A stretch of DNA of 64,000 nucleotides from the human T2T-CHM13v2.0 reference genome, Homo sapiens. The position numbers and the translations under genes were made by a program. The stretch lies in assembly GCF_009914755.1 (NCBI RefSeq), contig NC_060933.1; one strand, written 5' to 3'. The notes under the pieces are model-generated. The model saw nothing but the letters and a program-made list of their open reading frames with translations, was not told where the DNA came from and ran no database searches. Below, in pieces: positions 14,690-27,010 of this stretch (positions are counted from its first letter, which is position 1; every line of letters starts with the position of its first letter).

Positions 14690-15020
14690 AATTGTTCTTC
14701 ACACTCCTGACATATCAAATTACAGCTCAGATGAGAGAGCAACCCATTTGTGACTGGAATGATTGGCAGGAGCCTACAAGGAGAGCATCTTCGAGGACTG
14801 AAGGAGGAGTATCTTTTCAGGCTTTTCCATGGAGACCTTGGAGACCATGGGTTCTAGATGGTTCTGTTATAACATGATGGAGACTTCATTAGTCTGGGTT
14901 CCTAGACGAGTGTGAAACACTTTCCCCACTGATTGAATTACAATTATAATGTGAAAGAAAAATAAATCTTTATTGTGTAAAACTACTGAAATATCAGAGT
15001 TACAATACTGTAGTGTAGCA
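14690..15020 (+). mobile_element. MLT1-type MaLR LTR relic
   Basis: 3' end gtgaaagaaaaataaatctttattgtgtaaaactactgaaat. Confidence 0.55.
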
Positions 15021-16009
15021 AATTCTGGCAAATACTTCCCAGCATATTTTCAATTCCATTTCATTGGCCAAGCCTAGATGATATGGTCACCTATAGCTGA
15101 AGGAAGGCTGGGAAAGATGGAAGAGGATTGCTTATTTGGCTTAAAAGAATCATGGTCTGCCCCCTGAGGCTGTTCTGACCCAGAAAAAAGTTGAGGTTCT
15201 ATTACACGGAAGCAAGATATTAGGTAGGCAACTTTCAGTGTCTGCCAAATCACCAGACACTATTCAGGCTAAACAAGGAAGAAGCTAAAGCCAAAAAGGC
15301 AGAGGTGAATATCCAGGTATTTCTGTAATGGCATGCCTCAGACTAAGTGTCCCAGAAACGGCTGATCCCAAGTGGCTCCTTCTCCACCGTTTGAGCTGTC
15401 AAGACGCCTGGTTAAGTGACTGTTAAACGGCTACTGCCTCCTGCCTCCCACCTCCCAAAAGGCTGCCCTTGAGGTAGGGAGGGAAGTGATCCCACTATCC
15501 CTTTGCAGAATCTCTCAGAGAGGTTATGAGGCTGAACAGATTTGTGTTTGAAAGGAGCTTTGAGGCTGTGGCTTGAAAGGTACCACAGAAGTGCAAATGC
15601 CTGCAATTCATCGGCCTGCTGAATGGAACAGGAACTGAATTGCTTTAAACTAGAATTTCAGGGCCTATGGCTGGTGTCTGGGATTTGCACAATGGTTTTT
15701 TTTGAAAGTACTTTCTTCTGTGAATGCTGCTGTCTGTTCCCTCGGTTCCTCACCCAAGTTAACCCTCAGCACTCTCCTGACCATCTCCTGCTGGAAGAGG
15801 CAAAACTGCGAATTGTCCAAAGTTTGGCTCTCAAACTTCTATCAGCTCTTTCCCTGACCTTTTCTGGTATTCAGCCCTTCCGCCATTCCATAGTCTTCCC
15901 CTGCCTCAGGCCTTTTCTGTTGGGAGGAAATGAACTCCTACCAGCCAGACCCAGGGATTGGCCCCATAGGGACAGGTGGGTGGGTTCTGAGGATCATGAT
16001 GGGACCCAC

Positions 16010-16160
16010 CAAAACAAACTACCTGGAGGGTTTGTTAAAAGTGCATATTCCCAGGCCCAGGCCCAGGCCCAGCCCAGAGCCACTGATGTAGGATCTTCAT
16101 GGGTGAGTTTCAGGAGTCTGCATTTTCCCAGGCATGTGAGTGTTTGCTAGAAAGTGTTCT
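16010..16160. mobile_element. MER5A-like relic
   Basis: acctggagggtttgttaaaa...gagtctgcattttcc. Confidence 0.55.
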
Positions 16161-17094
16161 CAAGAAAGATTCCCTACACGATGCAGGAATTGTGAACACT
16201 TGTATTGTCCCGGGTCCTGCACTGAGTGTCTTCCCTTTAAGCTCTCATTTTATCTTCTTAGGACCCTAGGAAGTACCTGTAATTCTCTGCATTCCTCCAT
16301 TTTCCAGATGGGGAAACTTGACTGAGGAGCTCAGCCAGGATAGAGACCCAGGCTCTACACTAGCACTCTAGCCTGATTGAGTTATCTGTTTCCCCTCCCT
16401 GAAAATTACCATTTTAAAAAGAATTTCAGGGTGAGAATCTAGTGTAATGGATCTGCAGTGGTGATGTCTCTGGCAGCAGAACTGGTGGGAGGCTATTACC
16501 CAATGCCACGGTGTCAGGAAGAGTTAAATCCTTTTGACAATTCAATGGCTCCCTTTAGCTTTGCCCAAATGGCACCTGTTGTTGAAGTCAATAGAGCTTA
16601 CAATTTAATTTCATCTGCTTGCAAACAATCTCTTTCATTAGAGGGTGGAATGATGATAGGATTCTCCCAGCCATGCGGTTTCACTTTCTACAGGGGCAAT
16701 GTATGAGTACAGTCATTGTTTTCTGCAGAGAGAGAGAAAGAGAGGGGGCAGAGAGAGAGAGAGAGACACTCACCACACTGCCTGTTACAAGGAAGTAGGT
16801 GTCTGGGTAAAGTGGGTGGGAATGAGTGAGGATGAGAAGGGATGGGAAGGGGTCAAGCTGCACGTGGAGCCCCTAAGAGACTGCTCAGTCTTTTCCCTCT
16901 GTGAGCTGTCAGCCGTGCCCTTGCAGGCTAATCAGTATGCTCAACGGAATCTGAATGCCTCCATTATCCAAATCACAAGGAGGTGGCTTTTACATCTATT
17001 ATAGATGAACTCACAGCATGGGCATGAGGGACTCTTTCTGTTCAACTCTGAGCCAAATGGAAACTTTGGTTCAATAATAAAGGTGATGAAGAGA

Positions 17095-17345
17095 ATAATA
17101 ACTAAGCAATAGCAGTGCTAGTAATAGTTACCATTTACTCGCTACTGTACTAGGTGCATTGCATACATTTCTTTCTTTAATTTTCTCTACAACTCTGGGA
17201 AGTAGGACTCTCGTGCCCATTTTATAGAGGAGGAAGCTGAGACAGAGCTAGAAGAGGTAACTGTCCAATATCACATAGCCAGTAAAAAGAGCTAGGACTG
17301 GAACCCACCTTTTTCTGAATTCAAATGTGTACTTTTCTACCACGC
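17095..17345 (-). mobile_element. MIR
   Basis: cccattttatagaggaggaagctgagacagag...tcacatagccagtaa antisense MIR core. Confidence 0.75.
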
Positions 17346-18378
17346 CTGTGACACTCATCCTCCAACTGAGTTTCAGTAATGAGATAAAGGGCCCATCATT
17401 CTCTGTGGATCAGAACCATTTCCATGACAACCATGAAACATTACTCATTATGTCCAGAGTATTGAAGGTATTTACAGTCCCTTCTTTTTTCCCCGGGGAA
17501 TTTCTTAGAGAAATTGGCAGGAGGATACTGTTAGAGATTTCATTTTCTTTTACGAGTTATTGGTGATAGAGTGTACGTGTGTGTTTGCATGTTCTGGCAA
17601 TACTGGTGTCTGGCGTGTGACCTGTTTTTTATTAAAGTTATAGTTTTTGCAGGGAGATGGGGTTATCACTGGTGCTTTGGGAAAGCAGGTGTCAATGCTG
17701 GAATGACTCTGGCATTCAGAAGGTGATTTCAAGTTCTTTGTCCGAGAGATGTACATGCTAATAGGAAAAATGCACTTTCTTCTTTGCAGGCTAAGTGCTG
17801 AAAGATTATACTAGCTCTGCAGATTGCAAAAGGCAAATAAAAGTACAGACGTGGCCCTGGGAGGCAGACTTGGAAGGGAAAGGGAAGGAAGAGAGAGCAA
17901 TGTCTCTGAAGAAGGTAAAGGAAGGGCACAGTCCCTTCCTGCAGTTCTGTGGAGTGCATGTTGCATGGGGCAGGCACCTGGCCTATTTCCACAAGTGCAC
18001 CTTTGTCTCTTCATCTCACCTGAACATCATCTTTTCCCAAACCTACTTCCCTTCTTCTCATCCAGAACACTCCTGTCCCCTTGAGCCAATGCTCTTATCC
18101 TTGGCCTCAGTTGGGGTTCATACTTTATTTATTCTCTGTTGCTTCCAGACTCTGGTTCTGCTACTGTGACTGGGCAACTCCTCTTCTCTTGAAAACTCAA
18201 GAGAAACCTGCTGCCTATACCCTGGTCCCTCATCTCCACTAAGTGCCTTCCAAGGCCTCCATGCTCTGCCTCTTGGTTGAGACCCCTTCTTCTCTCAGTC
18301 AGTACCAGCTCTCATCCTCAGTGTCTTCAGTATCTACATTACTGACTCCTCCAATATCTAACCTTCTCCATTGCTTAA

Positions 18379-18683
18379 TTTTTTATAGACAGGGTCTCTC
18401 TCTGTGTTCCAGGCTAACGGGAGTGCAGAGGTGCAATCATAGCTCACTGCAGCCTCGAACTCCTGGGCTTAAGCAATCCCACCTCAGACACCCAAGTAGC
18501 TGGCACTACAGGTATACACCACCAGGCCTGGCTAATTTTTTTTTTCTTTGTAGAGACCCATCTCTACAAAAGATGGTCTTGTTATGTGCCCACCATAGTC
18601 TCAAATTCCTGGGCTGAAGTGATCCTCCCGTCTCAGCCTCCCAAAGTGCTGGGATGACAGGCGTGAGCCACCATGCCCTGTCC
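18379..18683 (-). mobile_element. AluJ inserted in an L2 relic (~17990-18900)
   Basis: Antisense AluJ (catagctcactgcagcctcgaactcctgggc); flanks are pyrimidine-rich and L2-like. Confidence 0.88.
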
Positions 18684-18891
18684 ATCCCGAATTTCTTAAC
18701 TTCTTCAATCTCAAAGACAGTCCTATTTGCTCTTTCAGTCACCCACAGGCACTCTTATTCTAGATCTTGCTACTGCTTAGGACTCTGCTGCTTCTTATTT
18801 TACCAGCTATTTTGTGAACACCTTGAGGGTAGGAATGTAGTTTAACTTGGATTTACTCATTTTTGTCCCCTGACCCATCACTGAATATGGA

Positions 18892-19043
18892 ATTATGTAC
18901 CTAATGAGTGCGATTAGGTACATAATGTACAATGAATGTACATAATGTACAATTGTACAATGTACAATGTAATGTACAATTGTACAATGTACAATGTAAT
19001 GTACAATGTACAATGAATTGTACATAATGTACAATGAATGAAT
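18892..19043. repeat. 14-bp inverted repeat followed by an (ATGTACA)-based tandem array
   Basis: attatgtacctaat-gagtgcg-attaggtacataat, then repeated tgtaca/aatgtacaat units. Confidence 0.9.
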
Positions 19044-19239
19044 TGTGGCAGTGAATTCAACAGGTTACTAGAGCTTAATGCTACAAAAAAAAACCAAAAA
19101 ACAACAACAACAAAAACTGTCATACATAGCTTCCCATTCTCTAACTTCATGTTGAACAACTTTCTGATGGTGTGACAGAGTCAGCCGATCTCCAGGTCAG
19201 TCAGCTGATGTGCAGTGGTCATTTGTCATAATCATGGAC

Positions 19240-19745
19240 ACCCTACATCTTTTGGGCTCCCAGCTTATATTTTGGTGATTTTTTCTCTTTGAGATTTGCA
19301 CCTTTGTACCCAGGTTCCAAGCCAGCCTGAACACTAAGGCCAGACATGTGATCCAGTTTCCACCAGTGAAATGGGCCCCATGACGAAGAAGGTCACATTC
19401 AGCATCCACCTTTCCAGAGAGAATGGCAGGAAGTAACTGGGCTTTCAGGAGCAACAGAAGCAAAATACCTAGCAGTAGAATCCTGCAGCCACCACACAGT
19501 GTGTCATGCATTGTATCCACTGGGCAAGCTGTGTTGCTGCATCCACAATGACAGTGAGACTGACCTGTGAGTGATCCAGCATCTGGGTTTACTTCTTGGC
19601 TGTGGGGTCTCTGAGCCTGATTCACTGGCTCTGAATTCCTGGAAATTCTGTGAGTTTAGCATTATCTTTAATGATTTTCTTTTATGGCCTAAACTAGATA
19701 GCGTAGGTTCTGTTGTTTGCAACTGAAAATCCTGGCTTATGTGAG
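19240..19745 (+). mobile_element. MLT1 (J/K-like) LTR relic
   Basis: Ends ggttctgttgtttgcaactgaaaatcctggc, typical of an MLT1 3' terminus. Confidence 0.55.
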
Positions 19746-19790
19746 TGGGCATTTCTGTTTCTTACTGTGAATTGAGAAGTGGCATTCTAT

Positions 19791-19921
19791 TATACCTATA
19801 ATCCCAGCACTTTGGGTGGCTGAGGTGGGAAGATTGCTTGAGCCCAGAAGCTCAAGACCAGAATGGGCAATGTAGTAAGACCCTGTCTTTATGGAAAACA
19901 AACAAACAAACAACAGAAAAA
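19791..19921 (+). mobile_element. Alu left monomer (FLAM-like)
   Basis: Single monomer with A-rich tail; TSD gaagtggcattct/gaagtgggcattct. Confidence 0.85.
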
Positions 19922-20174
19922 TGAAGTGGGCATTCTGGTTTCCCTGATTCTAGCCTGCTCTGGGACAGAGACAAGATCTGCATTACTGAATCTGCAAAGC
20001 AGTGAGTGTCAGGTCCTGGACCCTGGACAGTGATGAATTTTCCAAGGTTTCGAAGCGGCAGATATTCCAATGCCATTGGAGATGTGTCTGCATGACAATC
20101 TGGCTTTCTCTAGGTAGCACTTTCAGCATTGCTGTATTTCACACTGATTTTCCATTTGCAATCACATCATATAG

Positions 20175-20729
<555 letters not shown>

Positions 20730-20859
20730 TGATTAAAAAAAAAAACAATCTGGTTGCTTCCAAGATGGCCCAATAGGAACAGCTCTGGTCTGCAGCTCCC
20801 AGCAGCAAGATTGATGCAGAAGACGGGTGATTTCTGCATTTCCAACTGAGGTGCCTGAT

Positions 20860-21192
20860 TCATCTCATTGGTACTGGTTGGACAGTGGGTGCAGCCAACA
20901 GAGGGTGAGCCGAAGCAGGGCAGGGTGTTGCCTCACCCAGGAAGTGTAAGGGGTCAGGGGATTTCCCTTTCCTAGCCAAGGGAAGCCATGAGTCACTGTA
21001 CCAGGAGGAGCAGTACACTCCTGCCCAAATGTTGCTCTTTTCCCATGGTCTTTGCAATGGGCAGACCAGGAGATTCCCTCTAGTGCCTGGCTCAGCAGGT
21101 CCCATACCCATGGAGCCTTGCCTGCTGCTAGAGCAGCAGTCTGAGAAAGACCTTGGATGCTGGAGCTTGGCAGGAGGAGGGGCGTCCACCAT
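20860..21192 (-). CDS. ORF0: L1 antisense ORF0 homologue, 110 aa, open
   Basis: MVDAPPPAKLQHPRSFSDCCSSSRQGSMGMGPAEPG...EKSNIWAGV aligns by eye with L1HS ORF0 (MAGAPPPASLPPCSLISDCCASNQRDSVGVGPSEPG...EKRNIRVGV); ATG in gcaATGg context. Translation is not shown by the sequence. Confidence 0.7.
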   Translation of the reverse strand: MVDAPPPAKLQHPRSFSDCCSSSRQGSMGMGPAEPGTRGNLLVCPLQRPWEKSNIWAGVYCSSWYSDSWLPLARKGKSPDPLHFLGEATPCPASAHPLLAAPTVQPVPMR

Positions 21193-21648
21193 TGCTGAGG
21201 CTTGAGTAGGCAGTTCTGTGCTCACAGTGTAAACAAAGAGGCAGGGAAGCTTGAACTGGGCGGAGCCCACCACAACTCCACAAGGCCTACTGCCTCTCTA
21301 GATTCCACCTCTTGGGGCAGGGCATATCTGAACAAAAGGCAGAAGACAGCATCTGCATACTTAAATGTCCCTTTCTGACAGCTCTGAAGAGAACAGCGGT
21401 TCTCCCAGCATGGCGTTCGAGCTCTGATAATGGACAGACTGCCTCCTCAAGTGGGTCCCTGACCCCTATGTAGCCTGATTGGGAGACAACTCCCAATAGG
21501 GGCTGACAGATACCTCATACAGATGGGTGCCCCTCTGGGACGAAGCTTCCAGAGGAAGAATCAGGCAGCAACATTTGCTGCTTTGCAGCCTCTGCTGGTG
21601 ATACCCAGGCAAACAGGGTCTGGATGGACCTCCAGCAAACTCCAACAA

Positions 21649-22514
21649 ACTTCTCCAAGCTAAAGGAGCATTTTCTGACCCATCGCAAGGAAGCTAAAAA
21701 CCTTCAAAAAAGGTTAGACAAATGGCTAACTAGAATAACCAGTATAGAGAAGAGCTTAAATGACCTGACAGAGCTGAAAACCACAGTACGAGAACTTCAT
21801 GAAGCATACACAAGCTTCACGAGCCAATTCAATCAAGCGGAAGAAAGGATATGAGTGATTGAAGATCAAATAAATGAAATAAAGTGAGAAAACAAGATTA
21901 GAGAAAAAAGAGTAAAAAGAAATGAAGAAAGCCTCCAAAAGATATGGGACTATGTGAAAAGACCAAATCTACGTTTGACTGGTGTGCCTGAAAGTGACGG
22001 GGAGAATGGAAACAAGTTAGAAAACATTCTTCAGGATATTATCCAGGAGAACTTCCCCAACCTAGTAAGGCAGGCCAACATTAAATTTCGGGAAATACAG
22101 AGAACACCACAAAGACACTCCTCAAGAAGAGCAACCCCAAGACATATAATTGTCAGATTCACCAAGGTTGAAATGAAGGAAAACATGTTAAGGGCAGCCA
22201 GAGAGAAAGGTCGGGTTACCCACAAAGGGAAGCCCATCAGATTAACAGTGGATTTCTCGGCAGAAACCCTACAAGCCAGAAGAGAGTGGGGGCCAATATT
22301 CAACGTTCTTAAAGAAAAGAATTTTCAACCCAGAATTTCATAACCAGCCAAACAAAACTTCATAAGTGAAGGAGAAATAAAATCCTTTACAGGAAAGCAA
22401 ATGCTGAGAGATTTTGTCACCACCAGGCCTGCCTTACAAGAACTCCTGATGGAAGCATTAAACATGGAAAGGAAAAACCGGTACCAGCTACTGCAAAAAC
22501 ATGCTAAATTGTAA
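21649..22514 (+). pseudogene. L1 ORF1p remnant (N-terminus deleted, premature stops)
   Basis: KRPNLRLTGVPESDGENG...ARREWGPIF motifs; stops at 21852 and 22341; native ATG absent. Confidence 0.92.
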
Positions 22515-22577
22515 AGACCATTGATGCTATGAAGAAACTGCATCAATTAACAGGTGAAATAACCAGATAGCATCGTA

Positions 22578-25500
22578 ATGACAGGATCAGATTCACACAT
22601 AACAGTATTAACCTTAAATGTAAATGGGCTAAAAGCCCCAATTAAAAGACACAGACTGGCAAATTGGATAAGGAGTCAAGGCCCATCGGTGTGCTGTATT
22701 CAGGAGACCCACCTCATGTGCAAAGACACATATAGGCTCAAAATAAAGGGATGGAGGAAGATCTACCAAGCAAATGGAAAGCAAAAAAAAAAAAAAAAAA
22801 AAGCAGGGGTTGCAATCCTAGTCTCTGATAAAACAGACTTTAAACCAACAAAGATCAGAAGAGACAAAGAAGGCCATTACATAATGGTAAAGGGATCAAT
22901 TAAACAAGAAAAGCTAACTATCCTAAATATATATGCACCCAATACAGGAGCACCCGGATTCATAAAGCAAGTTCTTAGAGACCTACAAAGAGACTTAGAC
23001 TCCCACACAATAATACTGGGAGACTTTAACACCCTACTGTCAATAATAGACAGATCAATGAGGCAGAAAATTAACAAGGATATCCAAGACTTGAACTCAG
23101 CTCTGGACCAAGCAGACCTAATAGACATCTACAGAACTCTCCACCCCAAATCAACAGAATATACATTCTTCTCAGCACCACATCACACTTATTCTAAAAT
23201 TGACCACATAATTGGAAGTAAAACACTCCTCAGCAAATGTAAAAGCACAGAAATCACAACAAACTGTCTCTCAGACCACAGTGCAATCAAATTAGAACTC
23301 AGGATTAAGAAACTTACTCAAAACCACACAACTACATGGAAACTGAACAACCTGCTCCTGAATGACTACTGGGTAAATAATGAAATGAAGGCAGAAATAA
23401 GGATGTTCTTTGAAACCATTGAGAACAAAGACACAACATACCACAATCTCTGGGACACATTTAAAGCAGTGTGTAGACTGAAATTTATAGCACTAAATGC
23501 CCAAAAGAGAAAGCAGGAAAGATCTAAAATCGACACCCTAACATCACAATTAAAAGAACTAGAGAAGCAAGGGCAAACACATTCAAAAGCTAGCAGAAGG
23601 CAAGAAATAACTAAGATGAGAGCAGAACTGAAAGAGATAGAGCCACAAAAAACCCTTCAAAAAATCAGTGAATCCAGGAACTGGTTTTTTTAAAAGATCA
23701 ACAAAATAGACCGTTAGCAAGACTAATAAGAAAGAGAGAAGAATCAAATAGATGCAATAAAAAATGATAAAGGGACTATCACCACTGATCCCACAAAAAT
23801 ACAAACTACCATCAGAGAATGCTATAAACACCTCTACACAAATAAACTAGAAAAACTATGGATACGTTCCTGGACACATACACCCTCCCAAGTCTAAACC
23901 AGGAAGAAGTTGAATCTCTGAATAGACTACTAACAGGTTCTGAAACTGAGGCAATAATTCACAGCCTACCAACCAAAAAAAGTCCAGGACCAGATGGATT
24001 CACAGCCGAATTCTACCTGAGGTACAAAGAGAAGCTGGTATCATTCCTTCTGAAACTATTCCAATCAATAGAAAAAGAGGGACTCCTCCCTAACTCATTT
24101 TATGAGGTCAGCATCATCCTGATACCAAAGCCTAATGGAGACAAAACAAAAAAAGAATTTTAGGCCAATATCCCTGATGAACACTGATGGGAAAATCCTC
24201 AATAAAATACTGGCAAACCAAATCCAGCATAACATCAAAAAGCTTATCCACCATGATCAAGTGGGCTTCATCCCTGGGATGCAAGGCTGGTTCAACATAT
24301 GCAAATCAATAAACATAATCCATCACATAAACAGAACCAACGATAAAAACCGCATGATTATCTCAATAGATGCACAAAAGGCCTTCAACAAAATTCAACA
24401 GCCTTTCATGCTAAAAACTCTCAATAAACTAGGTGTCGATGGAACATATCTGAAAATAATAAGAGCTATTTATGACAAACCCACAGCCAGTATAATACTG
24501 AATGGGCAAAAACTGGAAGCATTCCCTTTGAAAACTGGTGCAAGACAAGGATGTCCTTTCTCACCACTCCTATTCAATATAGTATTGGAAGTTCTGGCCA
24601 GGGCAATGAGGCAAGAGAAAGAAATAACGGGTATCCAGTTAGGAAAAGAGGAAGTCAAATTGTCTCTGTTTGCAGATGACATGATTGTATATTTAGAAAA
24701 CCCCATTGTCTCAGCCCAAAATCTCCTCAAACTGATAAGCAACTTCAGCAAAGTCTCAGGATACAAAATCAATGTGTGAAAATCACAAGCATTCCTCTAC
24801 ACCAAGAACAGACAAACAGAGAGCCAAATCATGAGTGGACTCACATTCACAATTACTACAAAGAGAATAAAATACCTAAGAATCCAACTTATAGGGGATG
24901 TGAAGGACCTCTTCAAGGAGAACTACAAACCACCGCTCAATGAAATAAAAGAGGACACAAACAAATGGAAGAACATTCCATGCTCATGGATAGGAAGAAT
25001 CAATATCATGAAAATGGCCATACTGCCCAAGGTAATTTATAGATTCAATGCCATCCCCATCAAGCTACCAGTGACTTTCTTCACAGAATTGGAAAAAACT
25101 ACTTTAAAGTTCATATGGAACCAAAAAAAGAGCCCACATTGCCAAGACAATCCTAAGCAAAAAGAACAAAGCTGGAGGCATCACGCTACCTGACTTCAAA
25201 CTATACTACAAGGCTACAGTAACCAAAACAGCATGGTACTCGTACCAACACAGATATATAGAGCAATGGAACAGAACAGAGGCCCCAGAAATAATACCAC
25301 ACACTTACAACCATCTGATTTTTGACAAACCTGACAAAAACAAGAAATGGGGACAGGATTCCCTATTTAATAAATGGTGCTGGAAAAACTGGCTAGCCAT
25401 ATGTAGAAAGCTGAAACTGGATCCTTTCCTTATACCTTATACAAAAGTCAACTCAAGATGGATTAAAGACTTAAATGTAAGACCTAAAACCATAAAAACT

Positions 25501-26395
25501 CTAGAAGAAAACCTAGGTAATACCATTCAGGACATAGACATGGGCAAAGACTTCATGACTAAAACACCAAAAGCAATGGCAACAAAAACCCAAATAGACA
25601 AATGGGATCTAATTGAACTAAAGAGCTTCTGCACAGCAAAAGGAACTATCATCAGAGTGAACAGGCTACCTACAGAATGGGAGAAAATTTTTGCAATCTA
25701 CCCATCTCACAAAGGGCTAATATCCAGAATCTACAAAGAACTTAAACAAATTTACAAGAAGAAAACAACCCCATCAAAAAGTGGGCAAAGGATATGACAA
25801 ACACTTCTCAAAAGAAGACATTTATGCAGCCAACAGACATATGACAAAATGCTTATCATCACTGGTCATCAGAGAAATGCAAATCAAAACCACAATGAGA
25901 TACCACCTCATACCATTTAGAATGGTAATCATTAAAAAGTCAGAAAACAACAGATGCTGGAGAGGATGTGGAGAAATAGGAACACTTTTACACTGTTGGT
26001 GGGAGTGTAAATTAGTTCAACCATTGTGGAAGACAGTGTGGCAATTCCTCAAGGATCTAGAACTAGAAATACCATTTCACCCAGCCATCCCATTACTGGG
26101 TATATACCCAAAGGATTATAAATCATGCTACTATAAAGACACATGCACACGTATGTTTATTGCGGCACTATTCACAATAGCAAAGACTTGGAACCAACCC
26201 AAATGTCCTTCAATAATAGACTGGATAAAGAAAATGTGGCACATATATACCATGGAATACTATGCAGCCATAAAAAAGGATGAATTCATGTCCTTTGCAG
26301 GGACATGGATGAAGCTGGAAATCATCATTCTCAGCAAACTATCACAAGGACAGAAAATCAAACACCGCATGTTCTCACTTATAAGTGGGAGTTGA
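22578..26395 (+). pseudogene. L1 ORF2p (EN/RT/Cys domain), fragmented
   Basis: EN open 22578-23693 (LNVNG, IQET, GDFN, KIDH, SDH); RT fragment with FADD in 24135-24779; C-terminal CWRGC...HCWWEC in 25781-26395; several stops and frameshifts. Confidence 0.95.
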
Positions 26396-26629
26396 ACAAT
26401 GAGAACACATGGACACAGGGAGGGGAACATCACACATCAGGGCCTTTTGGGGGGTGGGGGGCTGGGGGAGGGATAGTGTTAGGAGAAATACCTAATGTAA
26501 ATGATGAGTTGATGGGTGCAGCAGACCAACATGGCACATGTATACCTAAGTAACAAACCTGCACGTTGTGCACATGTACCCTAGAACTTAAAGTATAATA
26601 AAACAAACAAACAAACAAACAAAATCTGG

Positions 26630-27010
26630 CTATTGATAATGATATTCTCTCTACCTGAAGGAATCTGTCCTCCATCTCTGTCTACCAGAATCTTACTCAT
26701 CGTTCAGCACGCCATTCAGATTCCACTTCTTCAATGAAGACTTATCTAGTGTCCTTCTCTAGAAATATTTGCTTTATCTTCTGAAATCTTCTCTGCCATT
26801 GAGATAATCTATTCCACTATGGCTTGTAGAATAATTAGTTTGTCTCTTTAGACATCTTCCAAAGTCGACTGTGGACTCCTTTAGGACAGGGCCATGTCTT
26901 ACCACTCACTATGTTTCTTGCATCACTGAATATTGAGCCTTGGATACTTTTGGCTCCAAGAGTAGTAGATGTCCTCACAGTCAATGCATAAATAAATAAA
27001 TTAGTGAACC
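26630..27010 (+). mobile_element. L2 3' relic (continuation of 20560-20730)
   Basis: tcttactcatcgttcagcac...gactgtggactcctttaggacagggccatgtctt L2 3' motifs. Confidence 0.65.

Larger units (their letters stand above)
20752..26622 (+). mobile_element. Near-full-length L1PA (about L1PA6), non-autonomous, inserted in an L2 relic
   Basis: 5'UTR starts ttccaagatggcccaataggaacagctc; ORF1, EN, RT and C-terminal ORF2 fragments; 3'UTR with G-tract and (AAAC)n tail; TSD core aatctgg at 20747-20753 and 26623-26629. Confidence 0.97.

Noticed and set aside
15623-16150. 175-aa ORF
   Set aside because: No recognisable domain and it runs into a MER5A-like relic; consistent with chance
20752-26622. Retrotransposition-competent L1
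   Set aside because: ORF1 start deleted; multiple stops and frameshifts in both ORFs
26645-26797. L1 3' transduction as the source of the 153-bp duplicate
   Set aside because: The segment lies outside the L1's 3' TSD, and the second copy has no poly(A) tail or L1 sequence
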